From Callorhinchus milii (taxonomy: Eukaryota), in contig NW_024704743.1 in the NCBI RefSeq assembly GCF_018977255.1, positions 56,670,001 to 56,734,000 of the forward strand: DNA of 64,000 bases, written 5' to 3'. The notes under the pieces are model-generated. The model did not search any database. It saw only the letters and a program-made list of their open reading frames with translations, and was not told the origin of the DNA. The position numbers and the translations under genes are program-made. Position 1 is the stretch's first letter, and each line of letters opens with the position of its first letter. Shown here in pieces: positions 1 through 13,590 of the stretch.

Positions 1-735
1 CATCTCCACAAACGGTTTCTCCTCTAGCCTCCGCACGATCTCGTGCGGCATTCCTCGCTGCTCTGTCCTTGGTCCCCTCCTCTTCAATATCTATATGCTC
101 CCTTTTGGTGACATCATCTGCAGACAACTTCCACAACTCCCAACTCTACCCCTCTGCCTCCACCCTTGACTCCAGGACCCCTGCTGTCCTGAGAGAATGT
201 CTGGATGAGAGCTAACTTTCTTCAGTTGAATGTCAACAAGACTGAGGCTCTCCTCATTGTCTCCCGTCAGTGCCTCCACACCGTGTCCTCTCCTGCACCA
301 GGCTCCATAACCTTATCACTCACAACCTCATCTGACTCCATCACACAGAGGATACAGTTCAGGATCCTGGTCCTCACCTTCAAAGCCCTCCATGACCTCG
401 CTCCTAACCTAACCTCCTAACCATCTACCAACCTGCCCGCTCGCTCCACTTAGTGGGATCCAGCCTTCTTCATGTCCCCCACCTTGCCCACCCCACCACT
501 GGTGAGTGAGCCTTCAACCACTCTGCCCCTACCCTCTGGAACCGATGGCTCTTTCAAGACCCATCTCAAGACCCTCCGCTTCATCCGTGCTTTTGATCAG
601 ACCTCCCTCCCTCTCTGCCCTCCACCCTCCCCAATTCCGACTCCCAGCTCAGGCTGAAAAACTGACTGTCCAGTGCCTTGGTACGTCCTCCTGATGTGAA
701 AGGCGCTATACAAATGTAATTTTGTTATTGTTGTA
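1..735 (+). mobile_element. L2 LINE, degraded 3' part of ORF2 plus tail (type A)
   Basis: NFLQLNVNKTEALLI, RIQFRILVLTFKALH; tail gtacgtcctcctgatgtgaaaggcgcta...(TTG)n. Confidence 0.9.
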
Positions 736-1911
736 ATTTCCCTCTGGGTAAAGAAAACTATTGTGGTATTTGTCCTGAAATTACCTTTGAAACTATAAAT
801 CTATGTTCTCTTGTTCCACTGTCTTGGTTTATCCTAAATTATTATTATTATGGGTTTACTTTTTCAATCCTGTTTTAAATGTTATACACCTTTATGGGGT
901 CCTCTCTGAGTCATCTTCTCTCAACAGAAATTTCTCAGGGCAGCCCAATGGGTCATACACAAATGTTCAAGGGTGTCCTTTCCCAGTCTGAGTGCGTCTC
1001 CAGCATTTATAGTGCAATGGTACAGCAGCCCGCATCAATAGCCAGCACGTCACACAGTATAAACTGAACATTCTTAGAAGTTTTAGTTGATCTCCATCAG
1101 TGCATAAGTAAGGAAAGCTATTGGAAACAATCCTTGCTTTAAGTAGCCCCAGGTATTTACCTTGTATATTGGTCAACTGTATAATTAAGCCCAAATAACT
1201 AGATCAGCAGATTTGAAGAAAGACAAGTACATGAGCACAACACTACCCAACTATGCTACATTCTAATGGGTTTGCACACAAAACGATTATCCAATAGCAA
1301 TTCAGAAAAGTAAAAGCAAATATGCTGTGAGTCTCATTTGTTGTTGGCACCATGCCACTCCAATCTGTGAATTGACATACTTGCTGTGATGTATGGGCTC
1401 CATGCTGACCCAGAAAATAACAAATGTGAAATAAATATAATTTTGTTCAGATTGCAGTAATTTTTTTTTGACTGTACAAATGATAAACCAAACGGAGACA
1501 CATCTTGGCTGATATTGCATGTTCAGTTGAAAATTGCCATGTGTGCAGACCATTTAAACTCTGATATTTGTGTAATACAGTGTTCATACCCATGAAATAA
1601 AGCAGCTGACAGGTCATTTCATTGGGGCATTTTTCACTATGTACGTATGTGCTGTCTTATTTCAACTTCACAATGTCAAGGGGAATCTATAATACGCTAA
1701 CACAGAACGTAACCACATTGTTACCATGTAGATAGATTGGTAACTGATGTTGGGGGTAAGTTGTGGGGGGTGGGGGGTTAAAATACATTACAATTATATG
1801 TAAAGAAGAATGAAGATAATACAAATTGGTTTTGTATAATAGCAATTTAGTACATAAATATCATAGGCACATTTAGTTGTACATGAATACAACTAAAGCA
1901 TATAACTTATG

Positions 1912-2100
1912 ATAATAATATTAATCCTTACATTTGATATAGCGCCTTATCATGTCTTCAAGACATCTCAAAGAGTTTTACAGAATATACTGTAAAGTTA
2001 ATTGACTGCATATTTTGTGGGAGAAATGCGGCAGCCAATTGCACACAGCAATGTCCCACAAACAGTCGTGGATTGAAGTGACCAATTTATTATTATTATT
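1912..2100 (-). mobile_element. SINE 3' half
   Basis: Shared SINE tail and body. Confidence 0.9.
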
Positions 2101-2808
2101 TTACTTATATATCATTTTTACATAGGAAAAGCATCTGAAAGTGCTTCAATAGAGTGGGAGCACAAACTTGGTGGAAAGTAGTGGGCAGTAGGATGAAGGT
2201 GACTGAAGGCGCAATCAAGAAGATAGGTTTTTAGATGAGTTATGAAAGCAGAGAAAAAGAGTGCACGTCAAAGTGATTTATGGAGAAAGTTCCCAGAGAG
2301 TGGGGCAAAGTGAATGAAGGCATATCCACCAATGGGGAAGAGGAGGAGGAAGTGTCAGGTGCTGATGATCATTTAGCTATAACTTGTTGAAGACATGCTG
2401 TGGCTTGTCTACATAATTACGTTCAATAGGAAAGGGTTATCTTCATAATGAACCTTCCACATGTGCTTATGATTTGATTCTTACACCTCGATCCACTCAG
2501 CTGTCCTTCTTTACCTCAGTATAATGAATGCATGAGCATTCAGAGGACATTTTTAAGCTGGATGTCACTGCCATTCTTCCCCAAGAAGAGTAGTAGGAGG
2601 AGAAAAAGGAGAGCGATTATGAAAATGAGGAGAGAGTGAATGGAAATCTGGTCTGCTATAAACTGGACACGGACACAGCACATGAATTTCTGTAGCAGAT
2701 TCTAAGATGGTTTATAAAACTCCAAATTGTATTGGAGTGGTAGTAGTGTCTCGCAGTACTGAAAGCATGTGAGGATTGTGGCAGTCCGGTTGCATTCACT
2801 ATTTTCAA

Positions 2809-3061
2809 AGGCAGGGCGAAACCTTGGGCAAGTTTCCTTACTCCACACGCCTAATAATAATCCCTCCAAAAAGACAAAAAAAAACAATAATAAATTGGTC
2901 ATTTTCAATCTACGACTGTTTGTGGGACATTGCTGTGCGCAATTGGCTGCCGCGTTCGCCCACAAATATACAGTCAATTCACTTTACAGTGTGTTCTGTG
3001 AAGCGCTTTGGGACGTCCTCCCGACGTGAAAAGCGCTATATCAAATGCAAGGATTATTATT
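2809..3061 (+). mobile_element. Young SINE, 5'-truncated
   Basis: Near identity to 9649-9899. Confidence 0.95.
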
Positions 3062-4674
3062 GTCCAAAAACAGAGAGCTACAAAATTAAAGTGAGGAAAA
3101 GGCAAAGTGTGATACAGTGACTGGAGAGAGAAAAGCTCTCCTCTCACCAGGCAATATCTTATGGGTGAAAGCAGAATACAGTAAAGGACATAATTTATTT
3201 TCTACTTGAATTCCAGGCTTCAGTCCAGAGTTTTCCTGCTCCAAATCCAGCAGCCACTGTCTTAAGTCTGGTTTCCTGGACAAGGGCCATGGGGTAATGA
3301 GTGACTCAAATCCTGGCCTTTGTGCAGTGCCTGTACTGAGCATTGTGTGGTGTCTGCCAACGGCTTAGGATATATTGTGTAAAATATATTTACCAGATTT
3401 AAATTCCATTGCTTGATAACATGCAGAACGGAGGCTGGTGACATCAGCCTAATTGTGTGAATTGTCAAGGTTGTTTCTGGCAAAGGGCATGTTACTAATC
3501 TGTAGCTTGGCAAGTGATCTAGATTCTATTGAGGTATAAAGAAGTGGGTTATTACTCAGTGTAGTCACGCCACATATTTTGTTTCAGATTAGTATGATAC
3601 AAGGAAGCAGTGTCTCAATAAACTTTTTTTTTACATAATTCTGTTCAGTAATAGAGTTCAATGAATGGCTGAAGCAGCTACTTAGTCCCAAGGGGATGAA
3701 ATGTTTTCCGGTCAATAAATTTGGGAGCGTTCACTTAAAATGGGGTTTTGTCATTCATCAATAACTTTAACCCCCACCCGCGCCCCTCTTTACCATCTGG
3801 TTAACTTTTTCCACTCTTGTGGAAAGCCATCCATATCAATGACTGCATAAATATAACATGTCTAAGATCACCCTCGAAAACCTGTAATCTGGAGATTTAT
3901 AGTGAAAAACAAACTCACACAACGGGACCTAGCAGCAAAAATCAAGTGAAATAATATTTTAAAATCCCAAGTGCTGTCCCTTTCTAAACCAGTATCCTTG
4001 AATCCTAATTTATCTATCAGACTATTTCTCAGTGGAAATAGAGTGGTTGAAATATATAGTCACATAGAGGTCTGCACTTTATTTTATTTGTGGATAATGA
4101 CAGCTGCAGTACATTATTGACAATACAGCCTTCAGGTTTCAATTCTGCAGCACATTTTCACTATTTTCCCCAATTTCTTAATAGATCTGGGCTGTCCTAT
4201 GACATGAACAGGTTTGAGAGACACAGGTTTGAACTGTAGTGATCGCGTCTGCTTTCATGGGCTCTGTAACTAGAACAAACACTTTATCTTCAGTTGGTTT
4301 TAAAAACAAATCTTGTGTTCATTACAACCAGAAATTAACTACCATTTAGACGGATGCAGCAGAACAATAGGTTAACAGCAACATAATGAGCCTTTCACAT
4401 AGGCTTTAGTGTCTTGGAGTGCTTTGCATGATTTACTGTAAATTGCAATACTTTTGAGTGTCTCTTTAGGGTGCCAGTCATGTAGCTCTCAATTATCAAC
4501 AGTCAAGTTGACAGTCATTTTCTGATTTTACACCAAGAAAAAGTGAAAAGATTGGGTTCGATTTAATCCTCAAAATGAACAAATCCTTTAATTTGTAATT
4601 TATTCACTGGAACACTTCACAATATGTTTCCAGTTGGTTTCTATTCCTTTTCTACAGTGATTAGGTGTCACCCA

Positions 4675-4960
4675 GTAGCACTCTTGGGTCAGAAGGTTGT
4701 GGGTTCAAGCCTTGTGTGGGAACTTTGAGCTCACAATCTAACTTGACACTTCAGCACGGTGCTGGGGATTGCTAAATTTTTGGAGGTGCTGTCCTTTGCA
4801 AGTGATGTTAAACTGACATTCTGTCTGCCTGTGTATTTGGATGTTAAGGATCCCATGGCACTAGTCAAAAAGAGGGCAATAATTTTCCAGATACATTTGC
4901 ACTATACTTTGTGAAGCATTTTTAATGTGAAAAAGTGCTACTTCAAGTGCAATGATGAAT
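4675..4960 (+). mobile_element. Old Deu-domain SINE (SacSINE1/AmnSINE1-like)
   Basis: gtcagaaggttgtgggttcaag head; gatgttaaac...ggatgttaaggatcccatggcacta Deu core. Confidence 0.8.
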
Positions 4961-5180
4961 TTCATTATTATCAGACAATCAAACAATTTACCTCCATTGT
5001 AAAGGAATTATTCGTGGAAATTACTGGAAATTACTCTGTTCTGTGGATTCAGAATGTGACGTGAAAATGTAACAAAAACAAAAAATAAGGTAGTTTGTGT
5101 CCTGTCCATAATGATAAGTTAGTGATGGTACATTCCTTCCCCTCAACTGTGCACAATGGATTCTTCTCCAAACCTTTCAG

Positions 5181-5213
5181 AAACGAAACAGCAGCATCTT
5201 TGACTTTGATATG
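5181..5213 (+). pseudogene. Candidate 33-nt micro-exon (KRNSSIFDFDM or alternative frame)
   Basis: ttcttctccaaacctttcag|...tgatatg|gtgagg; length is a multiple of 3. Confidence 0.35.
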
Positions 5214-5298
5214 GTGAGGACATTTATTTTTGAATCATAATTTCAGTGACTAATTTTTAATCTGAATTCTTCTACATTTGAAAGCAACAATCAGGTGA

Positions 5299-5960
5299 AT
5301 TGGACTGAATCAAGATGTTTCTGATTCTGTTTCTACCTTGTGTGACTGTGGAAGTTGAGCACAGAGGCAAATCAACATAAGTGCAACGGGAGGAAGGACT
5401 CTCAATAGAACTGTTTCTGCACTAGCATCTCATCAATGCAGAGCTGATATGACATGAGGTCTAACGTGCAGCGATTGCTGACAGGATTCCTTCATAAAAA
5501 TAGGAAATACGTCACTCAACTCTGCTTCAACCCCGTCTACTTCTAGAGCAGAGTTCTTGTGTGTCGGTGTGGCATGTGTGACATTCCTTCAGTTACCAGA
5601 AGGAGTCTCCACTTGGACACACCAAATAATTAAGGTTTATAAAGTCCTCAGCCACTACAGTACAACATCCTTCAGAGTTATAAAGTTAGTAAAGAGCTGG
5701 TTCCCACAACAACTTTGTAACAATGTTAAAAATGATCTGCTGTTTGGTCACCACTTTGCTTACACTCAAACCTTAGTGTGAGCAATGTGGAGCCAATAGT
5801 GTGCCTCTGGGATGCTTTGATCCAATGCCTACAGTACTAATGAACCATTAAACTCAGTCCAGTTCAGACCAGTTTCATTTTACAGATCCCTGATTACTGC
5901 AATTCCCAAAACCACAGACAAAGATCCACTGAGACAGGTCTTCAAGGGCACAAACTTTAC
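5299..5960 (+). pseudogene. Large decayed exon-like block
   Basis: The frame 5299-5781 has only TGA stops (5356, 5455, 5479, 5779), consistent with CGA>TGA decay; unique sequence; borders uncertain. Confidence 0.35.
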
Positions 5961-6794
5961 AGTAAAACTCGCCTAAGTTGTACATCCACCCGAATCCCAT
6001 TCAATTTCCTATTAAATCCACTTAAATTTATCTGCACTAGTCGTATTAACTGCTGCGTATCTCGTAACACCGCTACTACACTTTGCCAATATCGCATTCA
6101 TCAGCTGCCAGGTCAAAACTTCAATTCCCACCTGCCTCAAATGAAACACCGCCCCCCAATGCTCTCCCGCCCTCCCTCCTTGTGGCGTAGTATCAACATA
6201 ATCTTGCACAGCAGCAGCAAGTGGGGTGGGAGGGGGGAGTTGCTGAAGGGGCAAGGATTGCCTGATCTAGTGGAGAAAGAGAAGAGGACCCATCAACATT
6301 TATTATGAATGGGAACTTCGCCCATTCATGTTATGACTGGAGCACAGCCTCAAGGCTCCAAGAGCAATGCTTGCTCAATTGCCAGCTTTCAGGTTTCCTC
6401 CAACTGACAGCTGTATAAAGTACAAAGCTACACATATCTCCCTTTATAACTGAGACAATTAAGTGGACTCCTAACATCCCCCTTCAAGTCTTAAATAATT
6501 AAAATTTGTATCATCTCCCACTGCAAGAAACATAACATAAAATCAGGAAAGGCAACAGGAACATTCAAATTTTTATTTTTATTTATTTTTATTTGATTTA
6601 CAAATAATAGACATTTACAGATAATGAAACAAGTTGAAAACTACATGAAAATGATTGTTCTGGAAAATGATGGGACTGAAAATATCCATTTGTAAACCTT
6701 GTCTTAATGTCACCAGCCAGTTCAGTACTTGTGAAATTGTTATGTGGTAGTCATATAAAACCATATAAAATGACTTATGCAGCTGACCTGCTAA

Positions 6795-7135
6795 CGCCAT
6801 ATTGACCTATCCGCTCCCTCTGCTCAGCAGCCTGCTCAGTCTGCTCCACGTCTCCCACCCGGCCTTCTGCCTCTCTGCCCCCACCCTTTGGAACTCCATC
6901 CCACAGTCCTTTTACCTCACTCCCTACCTCACTCCCTACCTTGCCTCCTTCAAGACACGTCTCAAGATCCTCCTCTTTGACTGTGCCTTTGGTCACTCTT
7001 CTACCCCATACCCTCCCTGCCCTCCACTCCTCCTGATCCCAACCCCCTGCTCGAGTTCAAATCTCTGATTGTCCAGTGCCTTATGACGTCCTCCTGACGT
7101 GAAAGGTGTTGTACAAATATAATTTGTTGTTGTTT
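6795..7135 (+). mobile_element. L2 3' fragment (type A)
   Basis: [21 protein letters not shown]2 tail stem-loop. Confidence 0.9.
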
Positions 7136-7665
7136 GCATAAGTCATATTAAATGTTATGGTCACAACTGATACAAGTTATGTGGATTTTACTGAACCAAC
7201 CTAAAAGAACATCTTCTATCATATAGCAGCACATTATAATACCAGGAAGTGCACTTGGTTCATTGGACTCTAGGGCACAAGATACTCTATTTGAATCCTA
7301 ATGGATTCAATCAGCCCTGACCCTTTTGTAGTCAATATAGTGACTAAAACTGTCCTTTGGGGCAGAGGGGTTGTTGTGTTGGCTAAGCAGATTGTCTCTG
7401 GGGTTATATTATTTAGAGTTCACCAGTCTGTCTTACTTGTCAATAGACTTGGTACAATTGCAACCCTAGAAGCCAAAGCCCCAATGAATAGGCTAGTTCT
7501 GGCTAACCAAGTACTTTGTGCTTTAAATTGCATGGTTATCTTTACCTTTGTAAATAATGGAGCAAATTATAATGGCACTTTCATGATAAGAATAAACAAA
7601 ATGCATGACAGAGCAGTTTTTACTGAGAAATATGATTGATTCAAGTATTTGACTTTTGTTTCTAG

Positions 7666-8054
7666 TACTCCAGAGTTATGTATTGGCTCTGTGCCACTTG
7701 ACAGTTTATCTTTTGTAACTCTCTACTGATCAACACATCTCCGAGTGGTCTGTTACCCTGTAAATATCTTTAGCAGTTTTTCAGTCCTATGATATGACTT
7801 ATTATGCTTTCTCTTGTTTTGCGATCAGCAATGTTTCATTGTGGATATTTTACGCAAGTATAAAAAGTGCCTCAGCTGAGATGCTTTGTAATAACTGAGG
7901 TTTTTGACATTTCCATATTTACCTGGTCTTTAGCTCCCCTCAGTGGCTATGTATGTTCTGCGTTCATTTCTCTGCTGAAGAGTAGGAAATGATGGAGCAA
8001 GCATGAATAACGGCATATTTTTGAACTAAGTGAGAACTGGGTGACAGTAAAGCA
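7666..8054 (+). pseudogene. Decayed exon, RGS-like box
   Basis: ttttgtttctag| acceptor and |gtaagt donor. Peptides DSLSFVTLY*STHL, VDILRKYKKCLS*DAL and, after a shift, VFSSPQWLC occur in RGS helix order. Confidence 0.45.
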
Positions 8055-8634
8055 GTAAGTGTCCAATTGACGATATGGTTTAAGAAGATAAACTTTCAAA
8101 AGCATTGTCAGCATCCAGTAAGCTTAAAATTGGACAAATAAAAGAATTGAGGAAATGATAATAGCAATCATAGAAAACATGTAATAGTTATAATGTAGAC
8201 TTTTTCATTGCTACATTGTGTGTTATCATTAATCTGCTGATCCTGTTTCCCTTATCCTTTGGAGTACTCGCAGTTCTATGCATTTTGAATCTCTGACCTG
8301 GCCAATACCTCAATATGCTTTTAAATTCTGGAATGTGTTTATCGACAGGATTGCAAACTCTGACATATTAAGAGAATGGGAACTAGTGGAGTTCAATGCT
8401 CAAGAAAACTAAGTATTTTTTGTTCAGTACATTTGATTATTTAGAACTTTAATAATTACACATTTATTATTTAGACATATGCTACAAAATAGAACAAAAT
8501 AGACCCATTTAATACTTGCATTATTTTATAATGCATACATTTCTATTTCTCAGTACCATGCTGTGTATTAAAGCTATTTTATTTTTAACATAACCAGTGA
8601 ATCCTCTATTGTAGAATTTAATCTGTCATATTAG

Positions 8635-9087
8635 GCACTTTGCATGCCTGCCTATGCCACACTACACTCAGTGATGAGGCACCGTCAATGCTGGAGATTA
8701 GCATTGTTCACTATGTGAGCTACAACAGCAAAGTTTACTGAAGGTCAACATTTAAAACTCCAATAGACGTGGCTCCAGTTAAATTCCTGCGGGCCATTTA
8801 CCCTGGACATATCCTGTCTAGTGTTTTATTGTGTCCCTAATCTCTGCCTGCTATCAATGTCAACCTCACTCCACACAACAATCTGTTCAATTTATGATGC
8901 CATAGGTCAGCAGTCCAGTGTGCAGTTCATTTGCAAACAAAAGGGTAGCAACAATAACCCGCCATTGGAACTGAACAGTGATAATTCAAAACAGCAAAAT
9001 TTCGATAGATATTATTTTAATTTTGTTTCTAACCCAAAAGAAACAAGACTTACTACTGGAGTAAAAACTGTTAGTTTTGCAAATGAG
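8635..9087 (+). pseudogene. Decayed exon-like block (linker region)
   Basis: Stop-poor frames (TLSDEAPSMLEI...; ...KETRLTTGVKTVSFANE), unique sequence. Confidence 0.3.
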
Positions 9088-9583
9088 GTTGACAGAATTT
9101 TAGGCTAGTGTATTTTAGGATATGGGAACTATTCTGGTAGTTGATGTATGGGTGCCCTTCTATAACTGGTTATGGAATATTTGTATATATTTGTCATCAT
9201 TGGATTTGAACTATATTGGTCAAAAATCCAAGAATTGCAATCCGATTTGCACAGGATTCAGATATATCGAGTCCTCCAGGTAACAGGAAGACCCATGGGA
9301 ATTCTGTTCAGATACAACCTACTTCTAGTATCATTGGGATATTTTTTTCTAGTCTCACTGGGATGCAGTTTTCACAGATCAGGGTGTAATGCATTACTGG
9401 TTATTGGCAGGATTCAATGCCAATGAACCATGTGCGATTTCATTTGTGAATTTTCCCAATCGATCCTTGTGTGCATGGACGGAATTCTAGGTATTCTTGA
9501 TTATGCAAGTAACAACCAATCCTTAGAGAATCATCTGTAATCCTTCCTTTGGTTCTTTATTACATGATGAAGATGTAATGTTG

Positions 9584-9899
9584 TGGAGTCCTGTAGCTCA
9601 GTGGTTAGAGCACTCGCTTTGCAAGTGAGAGACCTGAGTTCAATTCCAGGCAGGGCGAAACCTTGGGCAAGTTTCCTTACTCCACACAGAGCCTAATAAT
9701 AATCCCTCCAAAAACCAAAACCAATAATAAATTGGTCATTTTCAATCTACGACTGTTTGTGGGACATTGCTGTGTGCAATTGGCTGCCGCGTTCGCCCAC
9801 AAATATACAGTCAATTCACTTTACAGTGTGTTCTGTGAAGCGCTTTGGGACGTCCTCCCGACGTGAAAAGCGCTATATCAAATGCAAGGATTATTATTA
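9584..9899 (+). mobile_element. Full-length young tRNA-Ala-derived SINE with 8-bp TSD
   Basis: A box TAGCTCAGTGG, TGC anticodon loop, B box GTTCAATTCC, L2-type tail, (ATT)n; taatgttg at 9576-9583 and 9900-9907. Confidence 0.95.
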
Positions 9900-10946
9900 T
9901 AATGTTGCTTTGATATTGACCCATGTCAGAGTCATATTTAACAGAAAGTTGTGGGTTTAAGCCCTATATCAAGACTTTGAACTTACATCATCTAAGCTGA
10001 AACTTAAATGCAGTGGTGGGGAGGTGCCCTCAAAAATAGAAGGGAGTTTCTCCCTGTTCCATGGCCAATAATCCCCCAGATAAAATTGATCATTCACTTC
10101 ATAACTCTTCGTGGGACATTGCTGTATGCAATTTGCTGCCTCGTTTGCTTGCAAAATACACAGTCACTATACATTACAATAACTTCTATGCCTTTTGTGA
10201 CATCCGCTGATGTGAAAGCAATATATAACATGAATAGCTTTACATCATCTGTGAACGTGTGACCAGCATTTAATTGATAGCATTTTAATGGCTATAAAGC
10301 AACACATAGATTTATTCATAAACAATTTTACTCAGTCTGTCCTTCATCTGTGCTGAGTTAACTGGCCTCACCCAGAGCCAAAGGATTGCTGCAATTTGTC
10401 TTCATGCCCTCGGACTATGGAGGATGGATGAATGCTCCAAGGCCTGCAGCTCCAGACCCCCTACTAGAATATGGATGGGTGTGCACATTGGCTGAAGAGA
10501 GAATTAGGCTTGGCTGTGACACTTTAATAGTCTATTGACACCAGCTTGCCGGACTCAAAACATAATAAATTACCACCTGCACGAAGGATTAGAGGACCTG
10601 GCACCCACTGAATGTTGCCATCATGAGTCAAGATCTTCAGGAAAGGAGAAGAGAAAAATGGAGGTAAAAATCTGGCTGCAGTGTTAACCATTGCTAAGTA
10701 TCTGTAGCACATCCAGGGTACAAACATTGAATAGGCTTAGACTAGAGGACATTAACCTGAGAGATTTTAAGTGAGATTTATCATTCTGAGTGGAAGGAAG
10801 GAAAGAAAAAAGGAAGTAAAGTGTTGTTGCATCCAGTTATGTTAAAATGACTAAAAATATTTCACAATTACTTTCAAGTGGGTAAATCATACATAATTTA
10901 AAGATTTTACATAAGTTAACATGAATGTTGAACCTCAGTTTTGTAG

Positions 10947-11261
10947 CCCCTTGAACTTCGAGGTTTTGTTGAATGCCTGAGCCAGCCAGGCTAGGGTAAG
11001 GGCTATTTAAAGCTTGTGACTGGACTATGTGGTATTGTTTCTGCAGTTCTCAGCAATACACAAAATCTAAAACATGACAAGAGGCTTTGATGTCAGTGGC
11101 AAGATGATTTTTTGAAAAATCTGGCTTCAATTTTCAAGTTGTCCACTCTGCATGTGCCATTTATCCTTTTCACTGAATCTTGTCAATAATACAAATGATC
11201 TCAAATCCCAAATCAAAATCCGAAAAAAANCAAAGACTTAAAAGCAGGTCACTGATTCATG
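10947..11261 (+). pseudogene. Decayed exon, RGS-like N-terminal helices
   Basis: ttttgtag| acceptor; PLELRGFVECL and AVLSNTQNLK (11043-11072); |gtaaag donor. Confidence 0.4.
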
Positions 11262-12099
11262 GTAAAGCATTTCAACTAAAGTTTGTTGGTAGGTTTTGCA
11301 TTGATCTACCTCTCTGACTTGACTGTGAACAGCAATACTTTATAAGTTTCCTGGGAGGGGCATTGTTTTAACTTAATTCCAGCTAGAGAGAGAATGAAAA
11401 TTAAAGAGACAGCAAAGAATAATGCATTGTTCAGCTAACAGTACTTCTAAATTAGTCCAAGATTCAAATTATAGAATTTTACAGCACAGATGATGGCCAT
11501 TTGGTCCATATTCTGTGTATATAAAATAAATGGTGTATGTGATTTCACCCTCTAGTCGAGTTAGTTTTTAAAATTCCAAGTTAATGCAATTGCTGTACTC
11601 TATGAGGGTTTATCACAGAACACTGATATGAGCTCCATGATAACAAAATTGCTGCTCTGTGACTTAGCTAAATAACATTTAGTGAGCTTTGCCTCTACAA
11701 GTGGATTTCTCCAACCACCCTGGAGGTGGGTGATATAAGCCAGGGATATTGTTGTTCTGTTGCTGTGAGTAACTGTTTTTCCCTCAGTGACAAAACACCT
11801 ACGGAGTGACATTTAGGAACCCCATTAATAGATCGGTTGAGGATTGACACTGAACAGCCTCACTTGATACACCAGCTGATAGGGCAGAGGAGGAGTGATA
11901 CCAGGAACCTCACTGATTCATTCACTTCATAGCTCTTTGTGGAACATTGCTGTGCACAAATTGACGGCTGCGTTCACCCACAAAGGCACCGTCATTCCAC
12001 TTTACAGTGTATCCTGTGATGTGCTTTGAGATGTCCTCCTGGGATGAATGATGCGATGTAAAGATTATTCTTAGTATTATTATTCCTCATTGAAGCAAT

Positions 12100-12255
12100 G
12101 GATCTTACAGCACATAAGGAGACCATTCAGCCCATTTAAGAATGTGCCAGCTCTTTGAAAAAACTGTCCAACTAGTCCCACTCTCCCACTCTTACTCCAT
12201 AGCCCTGTAAATTTTTCCTTTTCATGTACCGTCCAATTCCTTTTTGAAATTCCCT
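12100..12255 (-). mobile_element. CR1 3' end
   Basis: CR1-type terminal ...gggctgaatggtctccttatgtgctgtaag on the minus strand. Confidence 0.7.
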
Positions 12256-12438
12256 CATGCCCAGCATTCCCCAACAATGACTTGGTTGAAATTGACAACA
12301 TGTCATGTTGGGGGTTATGGGCATAAATCGGAGACCACCTCTCTTGAGACCTGAAATTCCAACTACTCAGTCTGTAAAATCATTTTATCTTAAAAACCAT
12401 TAGAAGACACTGCCCCGTGTGAAGGGACCTCTATAAAG

Positions 12439-12692
12439 TAATAATAATAATAATCCTTGCATTTGATATAGCACTTTTCACATCTTCTAGACGTCTCAAA
12501 GTGCTCCACAGAATATACTGCAAAGTGAATTGACTGCATTGTGGGCGAAATTCGGCAGCCAATCGCGCACAGCAGTGTCTCACAAACAGTCGTAGATTGA
12601 AAATGACCAATTTATTATTGTTTTTTGTTTTGGAGGGATTATTATTAGGCGTGTGGAGTAAGGAAACTTACCCAAGGTTTCGCCCTGCCTGG
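12439..12692 (-). mobile_element. SINE, 5'-truncated
   Basis: Same family as 9584-9899. Confidence 0.93.
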
Positions 12693-12949
12693 TGAAATAC
12701 AAGTTATTATAAAATACAAAATATTGTTGTTAAAATTCCAGATGGCCACAAGGTGGAAAATTCTTAAATTAATTCTTTATTGGGAAGCCTTTTAAGAGCT
12801 GCAGGAAACTTCTAATTTAATACTGACTCAAACAATTCTCTACAGCTCATCCATTTTAAGGTAACTTGATCTTGCAGGCTAAGACTAGGGAAAATTTAGG
12901 GCCATTGTGCTTTAATGTGCTGGCCATCATAACACTTGTGTTTTTCAAT

Positions 12950-13262
12950 TTGAGCACAGCAATGTCCCACAAACCACAGTGGAGTGAATGACCAGTTTTA
13001 TTTAAGAGATTGCTGGCCAGGACACCGGAATAATCTCCCTTTTTTTTTGAATAGTGCTATGGGATTCATAACATCCACCTGGCAGATGGGGCCTCACTTT
13101 ATTGTCTCATCTAAAGGGTGGATAATGCAGCTCTCTGACATTGCAACACTCCCCTAGCATTACACTGGCGTTGCAGCTTAAACTATGAGCTCAAAGTCTC
13201 GACATGGGACTTGGACCCACAAACTTCTGACTCAGAGGCAACAATGAAACCAACTGAGCTAC
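12950..13262 (-). mobile_element. Old Deu-domain SINE
   Basis: Deu core and tRNA-like head on the minus strand. Confidence 0.8.
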
Positions 13263-13364
13263 GCTGGCACCTAAACAATGCGTCCTGGTGTTTGTCCCAA
13301 CATTGGCCTTTGCAACTCTGGGATTGAAAAAGTAAACACAGATCAAATACTTTAGGAACCATCA

Positions 13365-13590
13365 TAACAGTAGAACTAGAGGACATAGGTTTAGAGTTAT
13401 AAAGCGCAATTTCAGAACAAAAACCAGGAAGATTTTCTGGAACAGGTTGCCAGGAAAGCTGGTAGAGGCCAAGACACTGGGTTCATTTAGATAGCAGCTG
13501 GATGTAGCGATGGGGGGATGAAAGTGGTTGTACTGGAGGAATGAGATGAAGTTGACTGAAGGGCCCAGACCAATCTTGATCTTGTGGACT
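13365..13590 (+). mobile_element. CR1 LINE 3' end
   Basis: agaactagaggacat (RTRGH), tggaacaggttgcc (WNRLP); similar pieces at 51205-51340 and 52770-53105. Confidence 0.8.

Noticed and set aside
2702..3120. Recurring ORFs such as WDIAVRNWLPRSPTNIQ
   Set aside because: Chance translations of the SINE body repeated across the window
9584..9657. tRNA-Ala(TGC) gene
   Set aside because: It is the head of a multi-copy SINE, continues into the SINE body and is flanked by a TSD
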